DNA of 60,479 nucleotides, from IMG/VR virus record IMGVR_UViG_3300031569_000005, positions 1 through 60,479 of that record; one strand, given 5' to 3'. Origin of the DNA: a virus (lineage: Duplodnaviria; Caudoviricetes). Made by a program: the position numbers and the translations under genes. This document shows, piece after piece, positions 49,375 to 57,854 of the stretch. The notes beneath the pieces were generated by a model that saw only the letters and a list, made by a program, of their open reading frames with translations, did no database searches and was not told the origin of the DNA. Within the stretch, counting starts at the first letter, position 1. Each line of letters starts with the position of its first letter.

Positions 49375-50124
49375 TTAATCTCCAAATAATTCTCCAAATA
49401 TCTTAGATGCATCTACTTTACTAGCTGCTTCGGATAATTTAGAAGGTTTTTGTTTAGGTGGAGATAAAGTCGGTTCATCTTTTACCCACATTTCATATTC
49501 TATTCTAGCTGCCATTAAATCAGCTTGATGCATTACATACGGTAAATTAATTCTTAACTTAGATTCCTTCATTCTGGAAATAAAATAAGCCTTATTACTT
49601 TCATCATATAATCCATCAGTACACTTTATGCTTATCATTTCATTAAATGATATTTTAATATCATGATGTTGTAATAACCATATCGATAAATCATTTACTA
49701 ATGCAAATGGATTATTAGGATTGACTTTAAATATTTTGCCTTGATTTTTTCTATGCCATTCTGAATCGTTATGTATATAAACTTCATTACCATCTCCCGG
49801 AAATCCTATTTTACCTAAATCATGATTCAGTGCTACAAATACTAATTCTTCTTTAGTATATCCACTCATGTCTGCACCACTAGTGGTCCATAATTTATAT
49901 ACTTCTTTTGCATTTCTAATAACCCGTAAGACGTGATCTACATAACCTCCTATGAATGCATTATGATAATGATCGACACTAGATGCCGGCGCGATACTTA
50001 TACGATCTTCATACTTATTATAAAGATTTAATAATTTTTCTCTCCTATCTCCGGAGAATTCTGTTTCAATTATTTCTAATAATTTACTCCAATTGATTGA
50101 TATTTCTTCTGCTGTTAAACTCAT
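49375..50124 (-). CDS. HD-domain phosphohydrolase (YhaM-like)
   Basis: APAS..YHNAFIGGYVDH..NHDLGK..HQAD. Confidence 0.85.
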   Translation of the reverse strand: MSLTAEEISINWSKLLEIIETEFSGDRREKLLNLYNKYEDRISIAPASSVDHYHNAFIGGYVDHVLRVIRNAKEVYKLWTTSGADMSGYTKEELVFVALNHDLGKIGFPGDGNEVYIHNDSEWHRKNQGKIFKVNPNNPFALVNDLSIWLLQHHDIKISFNEMISIKCTDGLYDESNKAYFISRMKESKLRINLPYVMHQADLMAARIEYEMWVKDEPTLSPPKQKPSKLSEAASKVDASKIFGELFGD

Positions 50125-50129
50125 TTTTT

Positions 50130-50750
50130 TTATATTATTTGATCAATTACGCCATATTCTAATAACTCTTCTGGCGTTGCAAAAAAGTCTGTTTTCATTT
50201 TATCTTTCCACCAACTAGCATCTTTTTTAGTTTTGGTTTCTAATAACTCATAGACAATATTTTCTATTGTTTTTACATTATCTACATATGCTGATATATC
50301 TCCCATCTTACCACCTATAAAACTAGATGATTGATGAAACATTACTGATGAACGTTTACTTGACATTCTTGTTCCGGTACCGTGTGCTAATAATATTGCT
50401 GCAGCTGAAAATGCTTTTCCTCTACATATGGTATTAACTTTAACGGAAAGTGATTCAATATAATCAACTAATCCTAACATGTCATATACATCTCCTCCGT
50501 CAGAGTTAATTATAACATTAATAGGATCATCTTTTGTTTTTTCATCACGATTTGAAATAATAGATCTTACTTTAATCATAAAATCTACCATCGATTCACT
50601 TGTAATATCACCATTCAGGTAAATAACAGAATCATCATAATCGACTAAGTTAGATAATATATCTGATAGTTTTGAATATGGACTATCAATATCATCTTCT
50701 TTATCGTCTTTTTTAGTTGTAGCCTTTGGCTTTTCTTCATATAAACTCAT
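50130..50750 (-). CDS. clpP: ClpP-family protease subunit
   Basis: IYLNGDI, INSDGGDV, GKAFSAAA (catalytic Ser), VMFHQ (His), D.F..PEELLEYGVID. Confidence 0.88.
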   Translation of the reverse strand: MSLYEEKPKATTKKDDKEDDIDSPYSKLSDILSNLVDYDDSVIYLNGDITSESMVDFMIKVRSIISNRDEKTKDDPINVIINSDGGDVYDMLGLVDYIESLSVKVNTICRGKAFSAAAILLAHGTGTRMSSKRSSVMFHQSSSFIGGKMGDISAYVDNVKTIENIVYELLETKTKKDASWWKDKMKTDFFATPEELLEYGVIDQII

Positions 50751-50753
50751 ACC

Positions 50754-50785
50754 TAAATATAATAACTTTTTTTCGTAAAGGCAAA
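50754..50785 (-). promoter_or_regulatory. Host-type -33/-7 promoter, likely leaderless transcript
   Basis: TTTG-N20-TATATTTA-GGT-ATG. Confidence 0.75.
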
Positions 50786-50787
50786 GA

Positions 50788-51294
50788 TTAAATGAGCTTT
50801 TTTAATTGTCTTTCAATTCTTTTAAGAGATGACTGATTTGATCTGATATCTTTTTTAAGTATAGACTTATTTAATTCTCTACGAACAAATACCATCTGTT
50901 CAGCTAATTTATTTTTTAGATCTATTTTTTCTTGTTTAGATAATTTCTTTTTAGATTCTGGTTTTGGGGTAGGAGGCAATGTTCCTTTTAACTTGGGTTG
51001 TTCTACACCTTTATGAAATACAGAGCCATCACTGTGTACAAATTCTTTCATGAACTGCCATCCTCTGACTCTACCTTTAGATATATATCCTTTGGATATC
51101 TCCGGAGGAGCTGTAATACTTCTCACACAACTATTACATAATACTGCTACACTAGTAGCACTTATTAATTCATAATTTGTACAAGTAGTACCTTTATAAT
51201 ATTTATTGTTTGGATTACTATTACGACATATCATAAATCGTTCTCCATTACGTGTAACTGTTTTATATTTTATTTTTTCTTTTTTCATGACCAA
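50788..51294 (-). CDS. Basic hypothetical protein with Cys cluster
   Basis: C..C..CNSC, RGWQFMKEFVHSDGSVFHKG, C-terminal coiled coil. Confidence 0.6.
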   Translation of the reverse strand: MVMKKEKIKYKTVTRNGERFMICRNSNPNNKYYKGTTCTNYELISATSVAVLCNSCVRSITAPPEISKGYISKGRVRGWQFMKEFVHSDGSVFHKGVEQPKLKGTLPPTPKPESKKKLSKQEKIDLKNKLAEQMVFVRRELNKSILKKDIRSNQSSLKRIERQLKKLI

Positions 51295-52385
51295 TATGCA
51301 TTTGATGTTCGTTCTAACGGATCCTTTTCACTTTGAATAGATTCCTCATTTTCTTCTTTATATATATTTTCTTTTTCAATAGAACCGGAAGTATAATGTA
51401 ATCCATCATTTCCGTTCTGTCCTATTATATCTACTCGTTTTTCAATTTGATCTTCATCCCATTCTTCGGCATCACTAGGATGCGGAGGTCTAAATCCATC
51501 CGATGTAAAATTATCATATTTTTTACTATCAGATTGTAATTCATCGAGCCAACCTTCTTCTAATTTTTGATCTTTATTAATAGTTGTTTTATTAGATACC
51601 AATTCAAATGCTTTATTAGCTGATATTAATAGTAATACTGCTAACGGATCGAATACAAATATAAATGCCAATACAAAATAATTAACTATGTTATCCATAT
51701 CCATATTAGTTATTTTCGAAATATATTTTAATGGACCTACTTCTGCAACTACACTGTTATTAGTTGCGAGATTCAATATCTGTACATCTAATTTAGTAAC
51801 CGAATCAGTTAATGATTCTATTTTTAAAGTAACTTTATTTCTTTGTATTTTAAAATCATTAAGTTGTCCCTGTAATACCTTTCTAGTTCTAGATGAAGTA
51901 GTAGTAATTATTTTTCCGGAGACTTTATCTCTATATTGTATTTTGTTATTAGATAATCCTTTTGTTAATTCAGTTATTGAATTAGCTAATTGAGACTTCT
52001 CATTTGAATAATCATCTAATTGTAATTGATATCTAGACTTTTTCATTTCAATCATTGATACTTGTGTATCTAATATTTTTAATTCGTCTGATGTAGTTTG
52101 ATATGCGGACGTTAAAAATCCATATATACCTAATGAAGTTATCATCATCAATGTGACAACAGCTGTTGTAAGATATATTTTTAATAATACATTTAACTTT
52201 TTCCAAAAACGATGTAAAAATGTTGCTGTGATTAATTTAGATAGTTCTAATGCCGTTGCCATAATTATTACGGCATTGGCTTGTGCTGAAAATAATCTAC
52301 TTAATCCAAATATACTATAGTATGCTGCAATGCCGGCTAAAGACAAAGCGGAAGTTAATACTATATATGGAAAAAAGTTTTTCAT
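51285..52385 (-). CDS. Membrane protein with 3 N-terminal TMs, coiled coil and a 4th TM
   Basis: AAYYSIFGL, ALELSKL, ITSLGIYGFL, EVGPLKY, IFVFDPLAVLL. Confidence 0.7.
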   Translation of the reverse strand: MKNFFPYIVLTSALSLAGIAAYYSIFGLSRLFSAQANAVIIMATALELSKLITATFLHRFWKKLNVLLKIYLTTAVVTLMMITSLGIYGFLTSAYQTTSDELKILDTQVSMIEMKKSRYQLQLDDYSNEKSQLANSITELTKGLSNNKIQYRDKVSGKIITTTSSRTRKVLQGQLNDFKIQRNKVTLKIESLTDSVTKLDVQILNLATNNSVVAEVGPLKYISKITNMDMDNIVNYFVLAFIFVFDPLAVLLLISANKAFELVSNKTTINKDQKLEEGWLDELQSDSKKYDNFTSDGFRPPHPSDAEEWDEDQIEKRVDIIGQNGNDGLHYTSGSIEKENIYKEENEESIQSEKDPLERTSNAYWS

Positions 52386-52388
52386 TCA

Positions 52389-52559
52389 TTAGCTAATTGT
52401 TACTCTGTCAAATACAAATTTTAATTTTCTTCTTATCTCTGTCAATCTACGTGTTGCTTCATTTGTATCAACTGCTTGTTTAGATGCTAAATCTGTCAAT
52501 ATGAATATCATATTATCAATTTCATCTAACTCTCTTAAAACGTTATCTTTATCTTTCAT
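52389..52559 (-). CDS. Small helical protein (56 aa, not in ORF track)
   Basis: MKDKDNVLRELDEIDNMIFILTDLASKQAVDTNEATRRLTEIRRKLKFVFDRVTIS; fills the gap; late motif upstream. Confidence 0.7.
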   Translation of the reverse strand: MKDKDNVLRELDEIDNMIFILTDLASKQAVDTNEATRRLTEIRRKLKFVFDRVTIS

Positions 52560-53601
52560 AACTTATCTTTCTTTTTTTTTTTGTATAAATATCACGATAC
52601 TTAAATACTGCCAACTCTTTGGCTTTGGCTTCCAATACAACATCTATACGATGTCCGTAATTTTCTATAGGATCTAAAACATAATCAGCATGTGCCTGTT
52701 CTCTTATCTTGGAAAATTCTTTTTTATACTTTGCAAATGTAGGCCACTCATCTATCTGATCCCATTCTATATTATGTTTACCACATACTTCTGCTAAATA
52801 ATTTTTTTTCTCAATACGTCTAGATTCTGAATAGTGACAACATTGAACAACATCACTCGGCCATGTACTACCTGCCATCTCTAATGCTTCATGTTCTGTT
52901 AATTCATCAGTATGAAATGTATGATGAAAATAATCAAACGTAATAGGAATACCTATTTTCTGATGAAATAATTCATATAATTGTTTAACACTGTATAAAC
53001 TAGGCTTATCATCATTTTCTACAACTAATCTGGCTCTACATTCGTCAGATAATCGATTATAACCGTTAATCCAACGTTTAGCAGTAGATTCTCTATCGCC
53101 ATATGCACCAGCAATATGTATATTGATCTTGTTATCATAAGAGGGAGTATATCCTAATAGATCAAATAACTGTGAATGTCTTTCTAAACTAATTATAGAA
53201 CGATCTACTACATCCATTGTAGGAGACCCTAATACATGAAATGGTCCTGGATGTGTAGTTAAACGATGCTTATGTTCTCGAGCATAATCGCCAGCAGCAC
53301 GTAATGCTTCACTTATCTCTTCGTAATCAGGTAACTGATGTAATTCATACTGATCATGCCAAGGAAACAATTCAGAACCTATACGGAATAATCGTATCTT
53401 ATTTTCTTCGTTCCATTTCAAATAATGAAGTAAGTCTTTAGCATTAGCTAACGCTCGTTCACTAAGTATTGATAAATTATCTGGATACCATGTTGCTTTT
53501 CTTGCTGTCCTTGAAGTAGTTACTCTACCTCCTAATTTTTTAGGTCTATTAGTAAGTGTCATATTGACACATGCATAGCCTATTCTTACTTTTTCTTCCA
53601 T
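52549..53601 (-). CDS. uvsE: UV-damage endonuclease (UvdE/UvsE)
   Basis: RIGYAC, LFRIGSELFP, RLTTHPG, INIH, RLVVENDD, FDYFHH, HYS, AHADY, LEAKAKE. Confidence 0.93.
   Translation of the reverse strand: MEEKVRIGYACVNMTLTNRPKKLGGRVTTSRTARKATWYPDNLSILSERALANAKDLLHYLKWNEENKIRLFRIGSELFPWHDQYELHQLPDYEEISEALRAAGDYAREHKHRLTTHPGPFHVLGSPTMDVVDRSIISLERHSQLFDLLGYTPSYDNKINIHIAGAYGDRESTAKRWINGYNRLSDECRARLVVENDDKPSLYSVKQLYELFHQKIGIPITFDYFHHTFHTDELTEHEALEMAGSTWPSDVVQCCHYSESRRIEKKNYLAEVCGKHNIEWDQIDEWPTFAKYKKEFSKIREQAHADYVLDPIENYGHRIDVVLEAKAKELAVFKYRDIYTKKKRKISYER
52584..52592 (-). promoter_or_regulatory. Putative late promoter ATATTTATA (inside the uvsE 3' end)
   Basis: Motif copy 24 nt upstream of ATG 52559. 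Confidence 0.55.
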
Positions 53602-53604
53602 ATC

Positions 53605-53636
53605 TAAATATAAGTAAAATTTTTCAATTAGGCAAA
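53605..53636 (-). promoter_or_regulatory. Host-type -33/-7 promoter, likely leaderless transcript
   Basis: TTTG-N20-TATATTTA-GAT-ATG. Confidence 0.75.
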
Positions 53637-53830
53637 TCTTTTATGATAAAAGTTTCATTTAATATTGATTTAATCTTCATTTAATATAATACTAATAACT
53701 ATTGTTATTTATATTTAAAATGGAAATAGACACACAAATAACATTGGTCATTTGGATTATTATAATAATATTGTTAAGTAAATTTATTATAAAGGATAAG
53801 CAACAGTTCAAAAAATACTAACTAGTATTG

Positions 53831-54046
53831 TTATGGATGTGGTATATTGGGCTCTTCAATTATTTCCACATAATCCATACTATCACATAGATAAAATATA
53901 CCATCTTTTTTTAGTATAGTGTTGACCATGAAATATTCCTTAAGATCATCTGAACTAACGTTAGTCGGTAACGTTGATTCCTTTATTGTTCTTTTAAGGA
54001 CGAATCTTTGTCCATTAAATTCTAGATGTTTAAACCAATAACTCAT
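53831..54046 (-). CDS. Hypothetical protein
   Basis: 71-aa ORF. Confidence 0.6.
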   Translation of the reverse strand: MSYWFKHLEFNGQRFVLKRTIKESTLPTNVSSDDLKEYFMVNTILKKDGIFYLCDSMDYVEIIEEPNIPHP

Positions 54047-54073
54047 AATGAAAGACTGCGGGTCTATTTAATT
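54047..54073. repeat. Inverted repeat arm (3' side of hsp20)
   Basis: AATGAAAGACTGCGGGTCTATTTAATT, complementary to 54541-54569. Confidence 0.85.
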
Positions 54074-54489
54074 TATTTTATTGTAACTGTTTTAGGTTTA
54101 TTATCTTCTGCTACAGGTGCATGCAAATGTAATAATCCATTTTGTAACTTTGCTTCTAATTGAGTAAGGTCAAATCTTCTAGAGATTCTCCATCCAAAAT
54201 TAAATGCTCTTTGTGCTATATTACGTTGAATATATTCAGACTCTGCAATATTACTAGATTCTTTTTTATATTCAACTTTTAAAACATCTCCCTCTATAGT
54301 GAGATTGATATCTTTTTTTGTTAAGCCGACGCATGCAATATCAATATTAAGGCCGTCATTAGCCTCATATATATCTACTGGATGATTGACTCTGATTTGA
54401 TTGAAAGGAGCAAAATCTCCTTCAAGGTCGAAAAAATTCTTAAATAGAATGTCGAATGGCGATGTGCCGTATTGTGTTAGTGTTCCCAT
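54073..54489 (-). CDS. Small heat-shock protein (Hsp20/IbpA family)
   Basis: PVDIYE..IACVGL..Y.QRNIAQRAF..AKLQNGLLH; true start taken as ATG 54489 with AAGGAG SD. Confidence 0.92.
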   Translation of the reverse strand: MGTLTQYGTSPFDILFKNFFDLEGDFAPFNQIRVNHPVDIYEANDGLNIDIACVGLTKKDINLTIEGDVLKVEYKKESSNIAESEYIQRNIAQRAFNFGWRISRRFDLTQLEAKLQNGLLHLHAPVAEDNKPKTVTIK

Positions 54490-54540
54490 AATTAATCTCC
54501 TTAAATGATTATATATTTTATTAAACTTTAGTTTTAATGT

Positions 54541-54569
54541 AATTAAATGACCCGCAGTATCTTTCAATT
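54541..54569. repeat. Inverted repeat arm (5' leader of hsp20)
   Basis: AATTAAATGACCCGCAGTATCTTTCAATT, complementary to 54047-54073. Confidence 0.85.
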
Positions 54570-54575
54570 ACTTTA

Positions 54576-54584
54576 TATAAATAT
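54576..54584 (-). promoter_or_regulatory. Putative late promoter ATATTTATA
   Basis: Motif copy opening an ~85-nt hsp20 leader. Confidence 0.65.
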
Positions 54585-54585
54585 A

Positions 54586-54996
54586 CTAATTTTCGCAAAT
54601 CGGCATACTCAATCTTATTATAGAAAATGCTTTAAAATATTTGTAAATATCTAAACTAGTTTTCTTTATATCATATTCACGCGTTATTATATGACCATCT
54701 AACCAGATATTATATACACATTTATTAATAGTGGATAAATTTTCACTATTAAATGTAATAATATCATCGTAAGTTGTTATACAAAGTCTATGACCGGCTA
54801 CTAATACATCTTGTACATTTGCTAATCCTATAGGCGATTCGTCTCTATATTCTTCTAATTTAGCTATTTGTTTTAACATTGCTCCTCGAGGACCTAATTT
54901 AACTGTATCATATAGATACTCTATTTTATTAGGTTCATCTAATAAAATGAATAGATCAAAATCTTCTTCAATTATTTCGAGCTCGTTAAATTTCAT
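54586..54996 (-). CDS. Hypothetical protein
   Basis: 136-aa ORF. Confidence 0.6.
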   Translation of the reverse strand: MKFNELEIIEEDFDLFILLDEPNKIEYLYDTVKLGPRGAMLKQIAKLEEYRDESPIGLANVQDVLVAGHRLCITTYDDIITFNSENLSTINKCVYNIWLDGHIITREYDIKKTSLDIYKYFKAFSIIRLSMPICEN

Positions 54997-55154
54997 TTCA
55001 CTTCCTCTATACTAAATATTTTTTTAAATTCTTCTAAATTAAGATTTTTAATTTTACTAGCTTTAATATAAGCTTCATCTAACGAATGCGACTGAACAAT
55101 ACCAATTTGTTCTTTATGTGAATCTTTAATATTAAAATATTTAAATTGCTTCAT
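54993..55154 (-). CDS. Small hypothetical protein (53 aa, not in ORF track)
   Basis: MKQFKYFNIKDSHKEQIGIVQSHSLDEAYIKASKIKNLNLEEFKKIFSIEEVK; ATGA overlap with the next gene. Confidence 0.7.
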   Translation of the reverse strand: MKQFKYFNIKDSHKEQIGIVQSHSLDEAYIKASKIKNLNLEEFKKIFSIEEVK

Positions 55155-55158
55155 TTTA

Positions 55159-55167
55159 TATAAATAT
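55159..55167 (-). promoter_or_regulatory. Putative late promoter ATATTTATA
   Basis: Motif copy only 4 nt upstream of ATG 55154. Confidence 0.6.
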
Positions 55168-55439
55168 TATTTTAGCTTACCTAGGAGTCCAATCTGATAA
55201 GATCTTTCTAATGCTGCTCGAGCCTCTCTACATGTCTCTTCAATTCTTTCTAATTCCTTAAAAGTTATATTGAAACTTTTATTGCCAATTATAAAATCAC
55301 CTATAGGCTGATAATCATTTCTTGTACGAAATTGATCAGCGGTTAATGTTTTAGCTATATCAAAATCAATACCACTATATAATTTTCCAAATCTTTTTAC
55401 TCTATCTTCATTGATAGCGTATCTACTATTTACACTCAT
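55167..55439 (-). CDS. Hypothetical protein
   Basis: Likely start MSVNSRY at 55439, which avoids overlap with the methyltransferase. Confidence 0.6.
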   Translation of the reverse strand: MSVNSRYAINEDRVKRFGKLYSGIDFDIAKTLTADQFRTRNDYQPIGDFIIGNKSFNITFKELERIEETCREARAALERSYQIGLLGKLK

Positions 55440-55444
55440 TTTTA

Positions 55445-56089
55445 TTATTTTTTTATTATTAAACAAAATCCGTCATCAGATACTGAATGATCTAATATGA
55501 CGTTCTTAAATTTTCTTTGTGACCAATTCAATATTTTACCCGGGTCATGTTGTATTAATCCTTCTGTATATGATATCAGAACTACTAATCCTTTTGTTGC
55601 ATGTTTATACATTTTTTCTATAGTATCACATGCATATGTAAAATCATCTCGTTTCATGTCGGCATCATATCTTAAATTACATGAGCCTATATTAATACAC
55701 CAATCTTTAGTGACATTTAAAGGTAACTTAAACCAATCTGTTAATCTAATATCTCTATCCGGATCAATTATCTTACCGGCATCAATTAATGGGCTATTCA
55801 TATCAATTCCAGTATATTCAACTTCTCCATATTCGGATAAATGCATTACATGTAAATCTCCTCTACCACAACCAAAATCTAATAAACTAGATCCTTGTGG
55901 AATATATTGTAAAGCTGCTTTATATGTATCCCATTGCTGTTCACGTGTATTATAACCTACTGCTTCTGCAGAATATTGTAGATATGTATCATCTTCTTCT
56001 TGCATCGGTTGTACTCGTTCAGGCCCTAGGTTAACGATATCTTTATTATTGTTATTACCTTTTATCATTTTTTTAATTTTATCTAACAT
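55445..56089 (-). CDS. Class I SAM-dependent methyltransferase
   Basis: SLLDFGCGRGDL motif I, YTGIDMN motif II. Confidence 0.85.
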   Translation of the reverse strand: MLDKIKKMIKGNNNNKDIVNLGPERVQPMQEEDDTYLQYSAEAVGYNTREQQWDTYKAALQYIPQGSSLLDFGCGRGDLHVMHLSEYGEVEYTGIDMNSPLIDAGKIIDPDRDIRLTDWFKLPLNVTKDWCINIGSCNLRYDADMKRDDFTYACDTIEKMYKHATKGLVVLISYTEGLIQHDPGKILNWSQRKFKNVILDHSVSDDGFCLIIKK

Positions 56090-56363
56090 GTCCTATCCTC
56101 CGTTTTCTATTTTCTATACGCATTAATTTAGCTTCTAAACTTTTCAAATCCATTCTTGTAGGGTGAGTTCTATTAAAATGCTGTGAAGTTTTACAAGCCA
56201 ATGCTGCATGCGACCAAGCTTCTTCTTCAGTGTATACATCTGGTAAGAAGAATTCTTCTGCTATAAAAGTATCCCCATCGATGACGACATATGCGCCGCC
56301 ATCTTTTTTAGCTATAAAAGCATTGGGATATTCTTTTAATACTCTTTTTTGATTCTTATCCAT
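56079..56363 (-). CDS. Hypothetical protein
   Basis: 94-aa ORF. Confidence 0.6.
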   Translation of the reverse strand: MDKNQKRVLKEYPNAFIAKKDGGAYVVIDGDTFIAEEFFLPDVYTEEEAWSHAALACKTSQHFNRTHPTRMDLKSLEAKLMRIENRKRRIGHVR

Positions 56364-56365
56364 GA

Positions 56366-56725
56366 TTAAAATGATCTAGGACCAACAACTGGGAATGAAA
56401 AATCCGAACATTTCTCATAATGATCCATATCCTTATCAACATATTCATTGTAATTGGCTCTAGTATGTCCTAATGAATTATCTATATATAATTTGCTAGG
56501 TTCATCTGTGTTCTGCATGAATACTGCAGTTAGATTAGAGTCTATAGAATATTTACTTTTTGGTTTATCAATTTGTACCAAACAATATCCACCTCCTCTT
56601 TCTGATCTAACATCATATCCTAAGATTTGATTTTTCTTTTTTCTTACATTAGTTACGATACCTACATGATTCTTATCTTCGATACGCATAACAACAATAT
56701 TACCTTCAGTATATGCTATTCTCAT
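56366..56725 (-). CDS. Hypothetical protein (SH3-like N-terminus)
   Basis: YTEGNIVVM..HVGIVT..YDV beta pattern. Confidence 0.55.
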   Translation of the reverse strand: MRIAYTEGNIVVMRIEDKNHVGIVTNVRKKKNQILGYDVRSERGGGYCLVQIDKPKSKYSIDSNLTAVFMQNTDEPSKLYIDNSLGHTRANYNEYVDKDMDHYEKCSDFSFPVVGPRSF

Positions 56726-56727
56726 TA

Positions 56728-56943
56728 TTATGAATTTTGGGGTTGATTCTCGATAACTTTACAAATTCTTGTATCCTGGACTGCTTTGACTTCAAAGTCA
56801 ACTCCACTGTCTAAGAAATCTTTGTTTACTAATGCCTCTGCATGTGTTACAGATGTTGCATTAACTAGATATTGCTCGGATACATATTTAACTCCCTTAG
56901 GAGTATCCGTAGCCACTTTTACTTTTGCTATATAATAACTCAT
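56728..56943 (-). CDS. DUF4494-like protein
   Basis: YYIAKVKV..G.K.VSEQYLVNA.SVT.AEA..FEVKAV..TRI.KV, as recalled for the Bacteroidota DUF4494 family. Confidence 0.7.
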   Translation of the reverse strand: MSYYIAKVKVATDTPKGVKYVSEQYLVNATSVTHAEALVNKDFLDSGVDFEVKAVQDTRICKVIENQPQNS

Positions 56944-56969
56944 ATTTATTTTTTTAATTTAACTTACTA

Positions 56970-57001
56970 TAAATATAAGGTAGATATATCGTAAAGGCAA
57001 A
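56970..57001 (-). promoter_or_regulatory. Host-type -33/-7 promoter (overlaps a late motif at 56968-56976)
   Basis: TTTG-N20-TATATTTA. Confidence 0.75.
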
Positions 57002-57018
57002 GCTTTTTGAAGCTTTTT

Positions 57019-57102
57019 TTATTTATTTTTGAAGATTGCTTCTAAGAGCATTACTGTAACAATTAGTACGCATCCAATTGTTAATATTTTTATAACGGCC
57101 AT
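57019..57102 (-). CDS. Possible 27-aa hydrophobic micropeptide
   Basis: MAVIKILTIGCVLIVTVMLLEAIFKNK with A-rich leader; fills the gap. Confidence 0.45.
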   Translation of the reverse strand: MAVIKILTIGCVLIVTVMLLEAIFKNK

Positions 57103-57138
57103 AACTTTAAATGTTTTTAATTGAAATAGAATTTACAA

Positions 57139-57438
57139 TTATATCATTCTTTTTAGATAATCTTTTGATAATTTAGATAAGATATTAAACATTGCTGCCA
57201 TATCATCCATTGTATCATAATTTCTATCCATATAAAGTGCTTTTAAAAATTCTTGCAAATCTTTATTAGCAACATCAGAACTTGACCATTTACTCAAAAT
57301 ATTAGATTTTAATATAGCTTCTGTAACTGGTTCAGCAGTAGGCTCATTATGTTTTTTAGCAACATCATTTAATGTTGGTAACGGCTTACCAGGTGTTCTT
57401 TCCCAAGCAAATCCTTCTAGTAGTGTTTTTAATTTCAT
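57139..57438 (-). CDS. Hypothetical, putative internal head protein
   Basis: MKLKTLLE leader, PVTE second site. Confidence 0.6.
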   Translation of the reverse strand: MKLKTLLEGFAWERTPGKPLPTLNDVAKKHNEPTAEPVTEAILKSNILSKWSSSDVANKDLQEFLKALYMDRNYDTMDDMAAMFNILSKLSKDYLKRMI

Positions 57439-57446
57439 ATCTGTCT

Positions 57447-57854
57447 TTATTTTTGTGGAGGTATTGGAATAGCTCTTCTACCACCTTTGGTTCTTAATGC
57501 TTCTAATTGATCTGAAACTTCATTATCGGCTCTCATTTGCAACATTAAGACACTATCATTGCCTATAGTGTCTTCTATTGTTTTATAAATATCATAAGCC
57601 GAATCTGGATTCATAGCTGCATTTTTTGCTGACTTTAAAGCACCTTCTAATCTAGTAACAATTTCTTTTCTTAATGCATTACGATTCATTGTTCCAAAAC
57701 CCACTACATGTATTTGTGGATCAATTGGATCAAAGTCGTCTGGCTTAAGAAGGCTACCATATTTAGAAGTTTCTTCATTTAATATGATATCAAGTTCTTC
57801 ATTGATCATATTAGTTAATTTATTATATAAGTCATTATTTTTCATTAGTTCCAA
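57447..57854 (-). CDS. Hypothetical, putative internal head protein
   Basis: LTNMINEELDIILNE leader. Confidence 0.55.
   Translation of the reverse strand: MELMKNNDLYNKLTNMINEELDIILNEETSKYGSLLKPDDFDPIDPQIHVVGFGTMNRNALRKEIVTRLEGALKSAKNAAMNPDSAYDIYKTIEDTIGNDSVLMLQMRADNEVSDQLEALRTKGGRRAIPIPPQK

Noticed and set aside
52572-52582. 11-nt homopolymer at the uvsE 3' end as a phase-variation or frameshift site
   Set aside because: Lies after the last catalytic motif and would change only a few terminal residues; may be an A-rich leader for the 56-aa ORF or a sequencing artefact
54490-54567. N-terminal 26-aa extension of Hsp20 in the ORF track
   Set aside because: ATG 54489 has a strong AAGGAG SD and gives a normal-length Hsp20; the upstream part is better read as leader containing the inverted-repeat arm
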